A stretch of DNA of 64,000 bases from Eledone cirrhosa (GCA_964016885.1 OZ024745.1:20398001-20462000), one strand, 5' to 3'. Shown: positions 1-13,479, counted from the stretch's first letter. Notes: a model not told the origin generated them from the sequence alone. Numbers and translations are program-made.

Positions 1-182
1 GAGCTGCGCTCTTTGTCCGCAAATCCAAGTTCAGTCATACTTTGGTCCAAGCGGGTTGGTATATAACCCGTAGCTCCAATAATGATGGGTATGAAGCTAA
101 AGGTGTATCTTGGATACTGGATTTGTAAACTCCTCATCAATGGTCCGTAGATGTCCTCCTTCTCCTGTATTTTTCTGACAAC
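1..182 (-). mobile_element. Fragment of R4/Dong-type RLE non-LTR retrotransposon (endonuclease end), truncated by the window edge
   Basis: Near-identical to 9794-9975 inside the RLE ORF 9715..10518. Confidence 0.85.
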
Positions 183-302
183 TTTGTAGTTTTCAATGAA
201 CTACTGTAGTCTTATTAGAAAATATAAGATTCTAAATGAAATTGAAACAGAAAAGTGGTGCTTTCAACAACACATGTATGAAAAAGCCATGCCTCCTATA
301 AA

Positions 303-352
<50 letters not shown>

Positions 353-475
353 TTTATAGGAGGCATGGCTTTTTCATACATGTGTTGTTGAAAGCACCAC
401 TTTTCTGTTTCAATTTCATTTAGAATCTTATATTTTCTAATAAGACTACAGTAGTTCATTGAAAACTACAAAGTT
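180..475. repeat. Perfect palindrome, arms of about 125 bp around a (TA)n centre
   Basis: actttgtagt...cctataaactt-(TA)n-aagtttatagg...actacaaagt are exact reverse complements. Confidence 0.95.
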
Positions 476-823
476 CCTAGGTCTATAGTTTTGCCAGCGT
501 TTCCAGACTTTCACCGTCTCATCTTCTTTACATTGTTATTCAAATCCTGGTGCGTCCTGGTTGGATCGCACTCATAGTCTTTCGCCCGGTTTACCACCAC
601 CATCCGGTTACTGGGTATCTTTAATGGAGTACATTCGTTTGCAGTTATCCAGGCTCGTTCATTGGTTTAAGGAAACCTTCCAGCAATCTTGGAGGCACTG
701 ACTTGGAGGGTCATGTGAACTGACCTTCTCTCAATGAACATTATTTTAAAATGTATAACTCAATCTATTTATAGTTCAGGCTTATACCAGTTCCTTTCTT
801 TTAAAGCTTAGAATAATAATTGC

Positions 824-983
824 TTCTACTTTTGGCACAAGGCCAGCAATTATGCCAGTGTATTACTGGTACTTTATTTTATCGACCCCATAAGGATGAA
901 AGGCAAAGTTAACCTCGGTGGGATTTGAAATCAAACCATAAAGAGCCGTAACTCTTTGCTACCGATACTGCCAATCCACCGCC
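824..983 (-). mobile_element. tRNA-derived SINE, family A
   Basis: Matches multi-copy consensus gcggtggattggcag...ttcaaatccc...ctttgcctttcatcctt...gggtcgataaaataaagtaccag...ccttgtgcc. Confidence 0.8.
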
Positions 984-1004
984 CTAAAGCTTAGAATAAT
1001 AATG

Positions 1005-1211
1005 TTTTCTTATTTAAGCATAAGGCCAGCAACATGGTATGAGGGTAAAGTCGATTTAATCGACCCCAGTATTTGACTGGTACTTTCTTTTATCAACCCT
1101 GGACTTATAAAGTTGACATTGGAAGTATTTGAACTTAAAATATAAAGACTTAGTAAAAATTCTGCAACGAATGTCGGCCCACGATCTAGCGATACTTCTA
1201 ACCCACCGCCT
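1005..1211 (-). mobile_element. tRNA-derived SINE, family A (diverged)
   Basis: Same motif order as 824-983 and 55901-56083. Confidence 0.7.
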
Positions 1212-1299
1212 TGTGACTTAGATAATAAGTTGTTCCTTTATACGGAAGGTCAATTTAAGAAGTCAGCGAATGTAAAATTTCTAAAGAAAAAAAATCTAA

Positions 1300-1539
1300 G
1301 GTTTGTCTCAATCCCAGAGGGTGATAAGGTCAGAGCTATTTATCCTTGGCATTAAGTAACTGAGAGTACCAGACAACCCTAATGGACAAGATGACTAGTA
1401 GTACTTATTTCAGCTGAGTATACTGGACCGACATGAAGTGTTTTACACAAGAACACAACACACAGCCTGGTGATGGAATCGAACCCACGACAATATGAAT
1501 GTAAGTCTAATACTCTAACCACCAGGCCACGTGATTCAC
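1300..1539 (-). mobile_element. tRNA-derived SINE, family B
   Basis: Minus strand has A box TGGCCTGGTGG, B box GGTTCGATTCC, then gttgtgttcttg...aaaacactt shared with the 30620 and 62418 copies. Confidence 0.75.
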
Positions 1540-1710
1540 AAAGTTGATACCTGTCTACTATTACTATCACGGAAAGTGTCAAAAGTAACGTCTACTCCGA
1601 AGTAATTTCAACTGTGGTTTTGCTTCAGGTGTGGTATTAAGAGAGACAATAACAATAGCACCAGATTCAGATGTTGTGGCACCTATCTTTCACATCTTGG
1701 TAATATGAGT

Positions 1711-4700
1711 TATAGTATTGTTTATAGTATTGTATATAGTATTGTATATAGTATTGTTTATAGTATTGTATATAGTATTGTTTATAGTATTGTATATAGT
1801 ATTGTATATAGTATTGTTTATAGTATTGTATACAGTATTGTATATAGTACTGTATATAGTATTGTATATAGTATTGTATATAGTATTGTATATAGTATTG
1901 TATATAGTATTGTATATAGTATTGTATATAGTATTGTATATAGTATTGTATATAGTACTATATATAGTACTGTATATAGTATTGTATATAGTACTGTATA
2001 TAGTATTGTATATAGTATTGTATATAGTATTGTATATAGTATTGTATATAGTACTATATATAGTACTGTATATAGTATTGTATATAGTACTGTATATAGT
2101 ATTGTATATAGTATTGTATATAGTACTGTATATAGTACTGTATATAGTATTGTATATAGTATTGTTTATAGTATTGTATATAGTATTGTATATAGTATTG
2201 TTTATAGTATTGTATATAGTATTGTATATAGTATTGTATATAGTATTGTATATAGTATTGTATATAGTATTGTTTATAGTATTGTATATAGTATTGTATA
2301 TAGTATTGTTTATAGTATTGTATACAGTATTGTATATAGTACTGTATATAGTATTGTATATAGTATTGTATATAGTATTGTATATAGTATTGTATATAGT
2401 ATTGTATATAGTACTATATATAGTACTGTATATAGTATTGTATATAGTACTGTATATAGTATTGTATATAGTATTGTATATAGTACTGTATATAGTACTG
2501 TATATAGTATTGTATATAGTACTGTATATAGTATTGTATATAGTATTGTATATAGTATTGTATATAGTATTGTATATAGTATTGTTTATAGTATTGTATA
2601 TAGTATTGTATATAGTATTGTATATAGTATTGTTTATAGTATTGTATACAGTACTGTATATAGTATTGTATATAGTACTGTATATAGTACTGTATATAGT
2701 ATTGTATATAGTACTGTATATAGTATTGTATATAGTATTGTATATAGTATTGTATATAGTATTGTATATAGTACTGTATATAGTATTGTATATAGTATTG
2801 TATATAGTACTGTATATAGTATTGTATATAGTATTGTATATAGTATTGTATATAGTATTGTATATAGTATTGTATATAGTATTGTATATAGTATTGTATA
2901 TAGTATTGTATATAGTATTGTATATAGTACTGTATATAGTATTGTATATAGTACTGTATATAGTACTGTATATAGTACTGTATATAGTACTGTATATAGT
3001 ACTGTATATAGTATTGTATATAGTATTGTGTATAGTATTGTATATAGTATTGTATATAGTATTGTATATAGTATTGTATATAGTATTGTATATAGTACTG
3101 TATATAGTATTGTATACAGTATTGTATATAGTTGTGTATATAGTATTGTATATAGTACTGTATATAGTACTGTATATAGTATTTTATATAGTATTGTATA
3201 TAGTACTGTATATAGTATTGTATATAGTACTGTATATAGTATTGTATATAGTACTGTATATAGTACTGTATATAGTATTTTATATAGTATTGTATACAGT
3301 ACTGTATATAGTATTGTATATAGTACTGTATATAGTATTGTATATAGTATTGTATATAGTATTGTATATAGTATTGTATATAGTATTGTATATAGTATTG
3401 TATATAGTATTGTATATAGTACTGTATATAGTACTGTATATAGTACTGTATATAGTACTGTATATAGTATTGTATATAGTATTGTATATAGTACTGTATA
3501 TAGTAGTGTATATAGTACTGTATATAGTACTGTATATAGTACTGTATATAGTATTGTATATAGTACTGTATATAGTACTGTATATAGTATTGTATATAGT
3601 ATTGTATATAGTATTGTATATAGTATTGTATATAGTATTGTATATAGTATTGTATATAGTATTGTATACAGTACTGTATATAGTATTGTATATTGTACTG
3701 TATATAGTACTGTATATAGTACTGTATATAGTATTGTATATAGTATTGTATATAGTATTGTATATAGTATTGTATATAGTACTGTATATAGTATTGTATA
3801 TAGTACTGTATACAGTACTGTATATAGTACTGTATATAGTATTGTATATAGTACTGTATATAGTATTGTATATAGTACTGTATACAGTACTGTATATAGT
3901 ACTGTATATAGTATTGTATATAGTATTGTATATAGTACTGTATATAGTATTGTATATAGTACTGTATATAGTATTGTATATAGTACTGTATACAGTACTG
4001 TATATAGTACTGTATATAGTATTGTATATAGTATTGTATATAGTACTGTATATAGTACTGTATATAGTATTGTATATAGTACTGTATACAGTACTGTATA
4101 TAGTACTGTATATAGTATTGTATATAGTACTGTATACAGTACTGTATATAGTACTGTATATAGTATTGTATATAGTATTGTATATAGTATTGTATATAGT
4201 ATTGTATATAGTACTGTATATAGTATTGTATATAGTACTGTATATAGTATTGTATATAGTACTGTATATAGTATTGTATATAGTACTGTATATAGTACTG
4301 TATATAGTATTATATATAGTACTGTATATAGTACTGTATATAGTACTGTATATAGTATTGTATATAGTACTGTATATAGTATTGTATATAGTACTGTATA
4401 TAGTATTGTATATAGTATTGTATATAGTACTGTATATAGTACTGTATATAGTACTGTATATAGTATTGTATATAGTATTGTATATAGTACTGTATATAGT
4501 ATTGTATATAGTACTGTATATAGTATTGTATATAGTACTGTATATAGTACTGTATATAGTATTGTATATAGTACTGTATATAGTATTGTATATAGTACTG
4601 TATATAGTATTGTATATAGTACTGTATATAGTACTGTATATAGTATTGTATATAGTACTGTATATAGTACTGTATATAGTACTGTATATAGTATTGTATA

Positions 4701-5014
4701 TAGTACTGTATATAGTACTGTATATAGTATTGTATATAGTACTGTATATAGTATTGTATATAGTACTGTATACAGTACTGTATATAGTACTGTATATAGT
4801 ACTGTATATAGTACTGTATATAGTACTGTATATAGTATTGTATATAGTACTGTATACAGTACTGTATATAGTACTGTATATAGTACTGTATATAGTATTG
4901 TATATAGTACTGTATACAGTACTGTATATAGTACTGTATACAGTACTGTATATAGTATTGTATATAGTACTGTATATAGTACTGTATATAGTACTGTATA
5001 TAGTATTGTATATA
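1711..5014. repeat. 12-bp satellite TATAGTA(T/C)TGTA, about 275 units
   Basis: Uninterrupted 12-bp periodicity; source of the long YSIV/IVLY ORFs. Confidence 0.98.
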
Positions 5015-5089
5015 AAGCGAGGAAACATGGGAACATTAGCAGTGAAGTGGATGTGAACTCGTAATCTATGAGCTGGAATACTTTATCAC

Positions 5090-5333
5090 AGGCAAACATA
5101 CACATATACACATACATATACATACCTACATACATACACATACAAACATATATATATATACACAAACACACAAAAAAAAGAAACAAACGCACACAAGCAA
5201 AAACGCACTATTTATACATACATATTTAATCGCATATACGTATATATATACACAAACATAAATACACACATATATAAACACACACATATATAAACACACA
5301 CACACACACACACATACACACACACACGCACAC

Positions 5334-5372
<39 letters not shown>

Positions 5373-5439
5373 CACACACACACATATATATATATACACA
5401 CACACATACATACATATATATATATATATGCATTCATAT

Positions 5440-5470
<31 letters not shown>

Positions 5471-5505
5471 CACACACATACATATATACATATATATGCA
5501 TTCAT

Positions 5506-5545
<40 letters not shown>

Positions 5546-5639
5546 GCATTCATATATATATGAACAATAGAATAGTGTCTAAGAGGCACGCACACACACA
5601 CACACACACATACAGAGAGAGAGAGTGAGTGAGTGAGAG

Positions 5640-5670
<31 letters not shown>

Positions 5671-5688
5671 GAGTGAGGGAGAGAGAGA

Positions 5689-5722
<34 letters not shown>
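5090..5722. repeat. Compound (CA)n/(TA)n/(GA)n microsatellite
   Basis: Direct inspection. Confidence 0.9.
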
Positions 5723-5725
<3 letters not shown>

Positions 5726-6046
5726 TTATTCAGACATTGTCAGACGTTTTTGTATATATTGACGAAATAAGATACATTGGAAATTCGTTGAGACACGGGA
5801 AATCATGCCGAGAATCAGACATCCGATGCCAGAAGAGTCTCAAGAGAAACTGGCTTAGCACCGAACCTATATATATAGAATACGGCACTCGAATACATAT
5901 ATATGGCCAGTTGAATAGGAAGAGTGTTGTATAGTGTAACGGACAACTTCCACAACACTCCCCCTTCTCTCCATTTCTCTGTCTCTATGTATGTATGTTT
6001 TATGCGTCTGTGTGTCTATGTATCTATATCTATATATAGACAAGTG

Positions 6047-6105
<59 letters not shown>

Positions 6106-6107
<2 letters not shown>

Positions 6108-6271
6108 CAAAGGAATTGTGGTAAGGAACCAGATGGACAATGACGCACCAGAGTACTCAATATTTAGGGTAGTAGAGTGGGAAATAGGAAAAAGTATGGC
6201 TAAAAATTCTAATTTAGTCCAGAAATAGCTGTCGAAACGGCTTGAGCTCTGCCGTCGGGGTCATACTTTTT

Positions 6272-6275
<4 letters not shown>
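6106..6275. mobile_element. Fold-back family F1 copy, left arm largely deleted
   Basis: Shares the gtggtaaggaaccag...gtactcaata...gtagagtggg body and the gtcgaaacggcttgagctctgccgtcggggtc arm with other F1 copies; flanked by (TA)n. Confidence 0.85.
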
Positions 6276-6342
<67 letters not shown>

Positions 6343-6374
6343 ATACATACATACATAATACATATATATACATA

Positions 6375-6704
6375 CATGATGGCTGCCCCCTCGTTATCGA
6401 GTATGGCCATTGCACGATATACCATTATTAATAATTATTAATTAATTCTATCGTGCAATGCCTGTACGTGAAGATATTTTTTAAAGTGAGGAAAGACTGT
6501 GCACTGAGCCAATCCCACTCTCTGAGAGACAGTAGCTATAACCCGAAAATAAGAAAAGATCAACATCATCAGTAACTACTGAGTCACAGGTTTTATAAGG
6601 GAGTTATCTCAGTTTTCTGAGTTGCCTTCTCCTAGAAGAATGCCCCGACAAAGACTAGGGGTCCTTCATTCTCAGTTGTTTAACCGCGCGATCGGGTGTC
6701 CGAC
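6375..6704 (-). mobile_element. Short RTE-related non-autonomous retroelement
   Basis: 3' end (ggccatactcgataacgag...gcagcca) and internal ctaggagaagg motif are shared with 38263-38879. Confidence 0.55.
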
Positions 6705-6821
6705 ATATATATATATACATACATACATATATATATACAAACATAATTATATTTGAATATGCATACGCACTCACACCCACACGCATACACACATACAACA
6801 CACACACACACAGACACACAT

Positions 6822-6903
<82 letters not shown>

Positions 6904-7062
6904 TAATATATATATATAAACGTGTGTGTGTGAGTATGTTGTTTATGTTTATATTTTTATTTTTGTTGTTGTTCTGTGTGTGTGTTTTTGATAAACAATC
7001 GTTTGATAATATTTAGCATGAGACTTAGATTTAACGTGAAAAATTAACTGTTTCGAAAAGTT

Positions 7063-7370
7063 GTGTTTCATCAGTATGCAGTATTGTGGGAGTTTTCCCA
7101 GCCAGTGGGGATACGTGTTTCATCAGTATACAATATTGTGGGAGTTTTCCCAGCCAGTGGGGATACGTGTTTCATCAGTATACAATATTGTGGGAGTTTG
7201 CCCAGCCAGTGGGGATACGTGTTTCATCAGTATACAATATTGTGGGAGTTTGCCCAGCCAGTGGGGATACGTGTTTCATCAGTATACAATATTGTGGGAA
7301 TTTGCCCAGCCAGTGGGGATACGTGTTTCATCAGTATACAATACTGTGGGAATTTGCCCAGCCAGTGGGG
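7063..7370. repeat. 52-bp minisatellite, about 6 units
   Basis: gtgtttcatcagtatacaatattgtgggagttttcccagccagtggggatac repeated at 7063, 7115, 7167 and onward. Confidence 0.95.
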
Positions 7371-7665
7371 TTACATTTTTGTTGACCTGCTGCTAATTTC
7401 AATCTAATCCATGGAAATTGTTGCCCATGTAGAAACCAGAAATGCTATTGGGGTAAAAACCTCTAAATTGCAGCTATTATTCTGAGTATATTGTATATTT
7501 TTCATGTATATAAATATATGCTGGGGCATGGCAGCTCGTAACTTCGCTGTTACGTGGTGTCAGCTTCCAAAGACAATTCTTGTACAAGTGACGTCTTATA
7601 TAACTTCAAAAAGATCAATGCTTTACGAATGGCACTTGGTTGCTGGAAATTGTACAGAAAACCGT

Positions 7666-7740
<75 letters not shown>

Positions 7741-7744
<4 letters not shown>

Positions 7745-7982
7745 CTTGAGATCGGTGTGGAAGTCGGACCTTCGTAGAGACCTGAAAATCCGCCTCTTCC
7801 TTGCTGTAGTGGAGTCTGTGTTGCAGTATGGGTCTGAGACTTGGACACTGACCAAGAAACTCACTCAGATGTTGGATGGGTGCTACACGAGAATGCTGAG
7901 GATGGCTCTGAACATTAATCAGTATACACTGAGAATGAAAAACTCAGAGCTGTATGGGAGCATCCCAAAAGTCAGCTCAAAA

Positions 7983-7984
<2 letters not shown>
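7741..7984 (+). mobile_element. RTE-group LINE fragment (post-RT region) between (TA)n tracts
   Basis: Peptide VWKSDLRRDLKIRLFLAVVESVLQYGSETWTLTKKLTQMLDGCYTRMLRMALNI has the YG.ETW...LD....R.LR signature. Confidence 0.85.
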
Positions 7985-8336
<352 letters not shown>

Positions 8337-8433
8337 TTTATCCCGGGGGTAACCACGGTAAGTAAGAGTATAAATATTTAATGTAGAAATTTCTCCGGAA
8401 TGAATCAGTTCTAGTCCTGTAGAAGCCTTTCTA

Positions 8434-8471
<38 letters not shown>

Positions 8472-8473
<2 letters not shown>

Positions 8474-8622
8474 CAAAGGAAATAACAGATGGACCATAAC
8501 GCACCAGAGTACTCAATACTTAGGGTAGTAGAGTGGGAAATAGAAAAACGTATGACCCCGACGGCAGAGCTCAAGCTGTTTCGACGGCTATTTCTGGACT
8601 AAATAGTCCAGAAATAGCCGTC
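8472..8622. mobile_element. Fold-back family F1 copy with short return arm
   Basis: gacggctatttctggacta-aa-tagtccagaaatagccgtc followed by (AT)n. Confidence 0.85.
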
Positions 8623-8689
8623 ATATATATATATATATATATATGAATTTATTTCTCTATACATCGTACTCAACAATCCAATCGATGCA

Positions 8690-9102
8690 ACACCAGCAGC
8701 AGCACCACCACCACCACCACTGATACCACCGCCATCACGACCTGCAGCATCACCACGTTAACGCCCCCCCCCCATAGTCACCAGCACCAGCAGCAGCAGC
8801 AGCACCACCACCACCACCACCACCACCACTGACACCACCGCCATCACGACCTCCAACATCACCACGTTAACACCACCACCACCACCACCACCACCGTAGC
8901 CACCACCAAAACCACCAGCACCACCACGACCACCACTGACACCACCGCCATCACGACCTCCAGCATCACCACGTTAACACCACCCCCACCACCACCACCA
9001 CCACCAGCACCAGCACCAACAGCAGCACCACCACGACCACCACTGACACCACCGCCATCACGACCTCCAGCAACACCACCACCACCACCACCACTACCGC
9101 CA
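8690..9102. repeat. (CAC/CAG)n-rich compound repeat, about 4 units
   Basis: Recurring ccactgacaccaccgccatcacgacctcca.catcaccacgtta separated by (CAC)n. Confidence 0.85.
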
Positions 9103-9496
9103 CTATATAGATATATGTCATCCCAACATTCAAATCGACTCAACCACCTGCGTTAGTTTTGTTTAAAGAGATTTAGTTGCGTGACAGACAACAAACGAAT
9201 CAGCGTCTCTGTCAGTATCTCCCTGTAGCAAAACCTACAACAACTGCTTTTGATTTACATAGAAACGAGGCTTGTGTACAACGTAGACCTGAGACAAAAA
9301 CAGCAAAAATCCCTCCAAAAAAAAACAACCCAAAACACCAACGAAAATAAAAACACAAACAAATAAGTATTTCTGGTAATATAATCTTCTATCAGGATCG
9401 ATGATGACATTCTCAAATCAATGGATTGATTATTATTAACAATCGAGTAACGTGCCTTTTAGTAATATATCATGCCTACACATATACACAAACGCT

Positions 9497-9633
9497 ATGT
9501 ATGTATGTATGTATGTATGTATGTATGTATGTATGTATGTATGTATGTATGTATGTATGTATGTATGTATGTATGTATGTATGTATGTATGTATGCATGT
9601 ATGTATGTAGGTTTGCAGGTGTGTATGTATGTA
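9497..9633. repeat. (TATG)n microsatellite
   Basis: Direct inspection. Confidence 0.95.
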
Positions 9634-9639
9634 TTATCT

Positions 9640-11346
9640 CTTTCTCTTAATTTCGAGTATATATTTTTGACCGGCCACCTTCCTGGTGGCAAGGTTGTAA
9701 AAAAAAAGAAATTGTCATCCCTTGAATCGCAAGAATGTTTTGCAAATTTTGAAGGTGCCAGCTACCGCAGCCATTTGTAGACTATGAATTAGGGTGCTGC
9801 GCTCTTTGTCCGCAAATCCAAGTTCAGTCATACTTTGGTCCAAGCGGGTTGGTATATAACCCGTAGCTCCAATAATGATGGGTATGAAGCTAAAAGTGTA
9901 TCTTGGATACTGGATTTGTAAACTCCTCATCAATGGTCCGTAGATGTCCTCCTTCTCCTGCATTTTTCTGACAACGTTTACATCAATTGGGCAGCTGATC
10001 TCCACAACAGAACACGTTTTCAATGTGTGGTCCCAAACAACAATATCAGGCCGGTTGTGATTTAATTTGGTGGAAGTTTTTATTTTCAGGTTCCACCAGT
10101 ATTCCTTAGTGCCATCGGTCTCAATATATTCTTCCTCGTTTGTTGTTAATTTTGTTTTCCGAAGTGCGTTCCAGATGGTTCTAGCTATCCCATCGTGTCT
10201 CATGGGGAGGTAGTAGCGAGATGACATTCTTTCGCAGCTGGCAACAATGTGGCTTACATCCTCGATCTTTGTTTTACATAGCCTACATTTATCGCAAGCT
10301 GATGGCCCTCCTCTTTTGTGCAGCAGATATTTGGTAGGGAGTTCTTGTTCCTGTATTGCATAGAGATATCCCCCAAGGTGTGATGTCATAAACTTGTCGG
10401 AACTCCATGCCAGGCTTTTTGAGTGGTTTATGCCCTCTATGGTCTGTGTTTTACGTCTCAAGTATCCATGCACAACTTTTTCTGTAAATTGGTAAAATTT
10501 TTCATCTTGTTTGAACATTGAATAGGATCTTCCGATTTCTCTGGGTGAGAGATTTATATCAGGCTTTATTCCATATCTCTCCTCCAGATCAGTCGCTATT
10601 CTAATGATAATTTTTTTTTATGCTCATAAACCTGGGCAAGATGGTTGCCAACCTTTTTCCTCTGTTGAAGATGTTGCTTCAGTGTTATTATCCGGGTCTC
10701 ATATGATGTTAATATGGATTTTAGACCCCGGCCACCTTCCTTGCGTGAGAAGTATAGCCTATCCACATCACCATTGATGTTAAAGTTCCCAGTAACACTG
10801 AGAAGTTTGCGAGTTCTAACATCCATCTCACTTAGTTCTTGCAATGACCAGTTCAGCAGACCAAATGTTGGCGTTAGAATTGGCACAGCATAAGTATTGT
10901 GGCAATGTATTTGTTGTACGCTGACAGTTCTGATGACCATATTTTCTTTACTCTTCTGAGGTATTCAGTTCTGGTTCTCTCCTTATTTATGGGTCCATCA
11001 TATCTGACATTCTCATCCTGTCCAAGATATCTGTAGTTGTCATCTGACTGTAGAGGTTGTATTGTCAGGCCGTTCATCTCTAGATTTCTAGTGGAGGGCA
11101 CATCTCTTCCACGTTTTACTGCCTAATTATGCACACTTGGACTCACCAAATTTCATTTTGATGTCTGTTGAAAATTGTGTAATGAGGTCCAATTGTTTCT
11201 TGATGTCATTGATATTTGGCCCATACAACTTCAGGTCATCTACAAAGAAAAGATGGGAGATACTTCTGGACCCACTTCTTTGTCCACCTTGTTTCCTGAG
11301 TAGGTAAGATAGTGGATTTTGTGAGAGAACGAAGAGTAGCACTGAC
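9640..11346 (-). mobile_element. 5'-truncated, frameshifted R4/Dong-type non-LTR retrotransposon (RT C-terminal half, CCHC knuckle, restriction-like endonuclease)
   Basis: ORF pieces: ISHLFFVDDLKLYG (RT), YRYLG, RLYFSRKEGGRGL, CRLCKTKIEDVSHIVASC, RHD, NRPDIVVWD...VVEISCP (PD-D/E nuclease). Confidence 0.9.
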
Positions 11347-11470
11347 GTGTATGTATGTATGTATGTATGTATGTATGTATGTATGTATGTATGTATGTAT
11401 GTATGTATGTATGTGTTTGTATTTGTTTGTGTGCATGTATGTATGTATTTTTTTTGTGTTTGTATGTATG
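11347..11470. repeat. (TATG)n microsatellite
   Basis: Direct inspection; abuts the 5' truncation of the R4-type element. Confidence 0.95.
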
Positions 11471-11539
11471 TATAAGATAAGTTCACGTAGTTTAGTTTCT
11501 AGATCAGTGACGCCAGTCAAAACTTGAGTGAAGGATATG

Positions 11540-13107
11540 CATGGTTTAAAAGTCCCAATAATTTGAAACCTCGATATCATGGTTTAGAAGTCCCAATAAT
11601 TTGAAACCTCGATAACTTTGGTTTAAAAGTCCCAATAATTTGAAACCTCGATATCATGGTTTAAAAGTCCCAATAATTTGAAACCTCGATATCATGGTTT
11701 AAAAGTCCCAATAATTTGAAACCTCGATATCATGGTTTAAAAGTCCCAATAATGTGAAACCTCGATATCATGGTTTAAAAGTCCCAATAATTTGAAACCT
11801 CGATATCATGGTTTAAAAGTCCCAATAATGTGAAACCTCGATATCATGGTTTAAAAGTCCCAATAATTTGAAACCTCGATATCATGGATTAAAAGTCACA
11901 TTAAAAGTCACCTCGATATCATGGTTTAAAAGTCCCAATAATTTGAAACTTTGATATCATGATTTAAAAGTCCCAATAATTTGAAACTTTGAAATCAGGA
12001 TTTAAAAGTCCCAATAATTTGAAACTTTGATTTCATGGTTTAAAAGTCCCAATAATTTGAAACTTTGAAATCATGGTTTAAAAGTCCCAATAATTTGAAA
12101 TTTTGAAATCATGGTTTAAAAGTCCCAATAATTTGAAACTTTGATATCATGATTTAAAAGTCCCAATAATTTGAAACTTTGATTTCATGGTTTAAAAGTC
12201 CCAATAATTTGAAACTTTGAAATCATGGTTTAAAAGTCCCAATAATTTGAAATTTTGAAATCATGGTTTAAAAGTCCCAATAATTTGAAACTTTGATATC
12301 ATGATTTAAAAGTCCCAATAATTTGAAACTTTGATTTCATGGTTTAAAAGTCCCAATAATTTGAAACTTTGAAATCAGGATTTAAAAGTCCCAATAATTT
12401 GAAACTTTGATATCGTAATTTAAAAGTCCCAATAATTTGAAATTTTGAAATCATGGTTTAAAAGTCCCAATAATTTGAAACTTTGATATCATGGTTTAAA
12501 AGTCCCAATAATTTGAAACTTTGAAATCAGGATTTAAAAGTCCCAATAATTTGAAACTTTGATATCGTAATTTAAAAGTCCCAATAATTTGAAATTTTGA
12601 AATCATGGTTTAAAAGTCCCAATAATTTGAAACTTTGATATCATGGTTTAAAAGTCCCAATAATTTGAAACTTTGAAATCAGGATTTAAAAGTCCCAATA
12701 ATTTGAAACTTTGATATCGTAATTTAAAAGTCCCAATAATTTGAAACTTTGATATCATGATTTAAAAGTCCCAATAATTTGAAACTTTGATTTCATGGTT
12801 TAAAAGTCCCAATAATTTGAAACTTTGAAATCAGGATTTAAAAGTCCCAATAATTTGAAACTTTGATATCGTAATTTAAATGTCCCAATAATTTGAAATT
12901 TTGAAATCATGGTTTAAATGTCCCAATAATTTGAAACTTTGATATCGTGATTTAAAAGTCCCAATAATTTGAAACTTTGATATCGTAATTTAAAAGTCCC
13001 AATAATTTGAAATTTTGAAATCAGGATTTAAAAGTCCCAATAATTTGAAACTTTGATATCGTAATTTAAAAGTCCCAATAATTTGAAACTTTGATATCAT
13101 GGTTTAA
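11540..13107. repeat. 38-bp satellite, about 41 units
   Basis: atggtttaaaagtcccaataatttgaaac(ctc/ttt)gatatc with period 38 (11541, 11579 and onward). Confidence 0.97.
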
Positions 13108-13396
13108 TCGATAACCCTGTGATTTTTTTACTTTCTCTCCTTGCATGTCACTTTATGCAGAGGTTTCCTTTCTAGGAGTGCCAAGCTTTTCAGCATTGAA
13201 GTAATGCTACAAAAGCGCATTTGCGAGACGTTAGACAGAAAGCCCTCAATACAGACCAATTCCACGTTTTGAGGATTGTGTAAAATTCTCTTTGGAAATA
13301 AACAACAATGTTTGATCGTTACCAAGGAAACAAAAAAGGAAAAATTACATTTTTATTTATAGATAAATTTATATAAAGCAATAAGGAAATGGAAAA

Positions 13397-13479
13397 TAAA
13401 AGAAAAAGAAAAAGAAAAAGAAAAAGAAAAAGAAAAAGAAAAAGAAAAAGAAAAAGAAAAAGAAAAAGAAAAAGAAAAA
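13397..13479. repeat. (GAAAAA)n
   Basis: Direct inspection. Confidence 0.95.

Noticed and set aside
1460-1539. tRNA gene (likewise 13828, 30620, 62590)
   Set aside because: A and B boxes are present, but there is no intact cloverleaf and each is followed by a SINE body
1705-5192. Four ORFs of 582-1119 aa (YSIV, IVLY, YTIL, YSTI repeats)
   Set aside because: Translations of a 12-bp satellite that lacks stops in several frames on both strands; no domain content
8859-9143. Glycine-rich membrane protein ORF
   Set aside because: Product of the (CAC)n compound repeat
11540-13107. CRISPR-like array (repeat begins GTTT and ends TTGAAAC)
   Set aside because: The apparent spacers are about 12 bp and near-identical to each other; no cas genes; eukaryotic context
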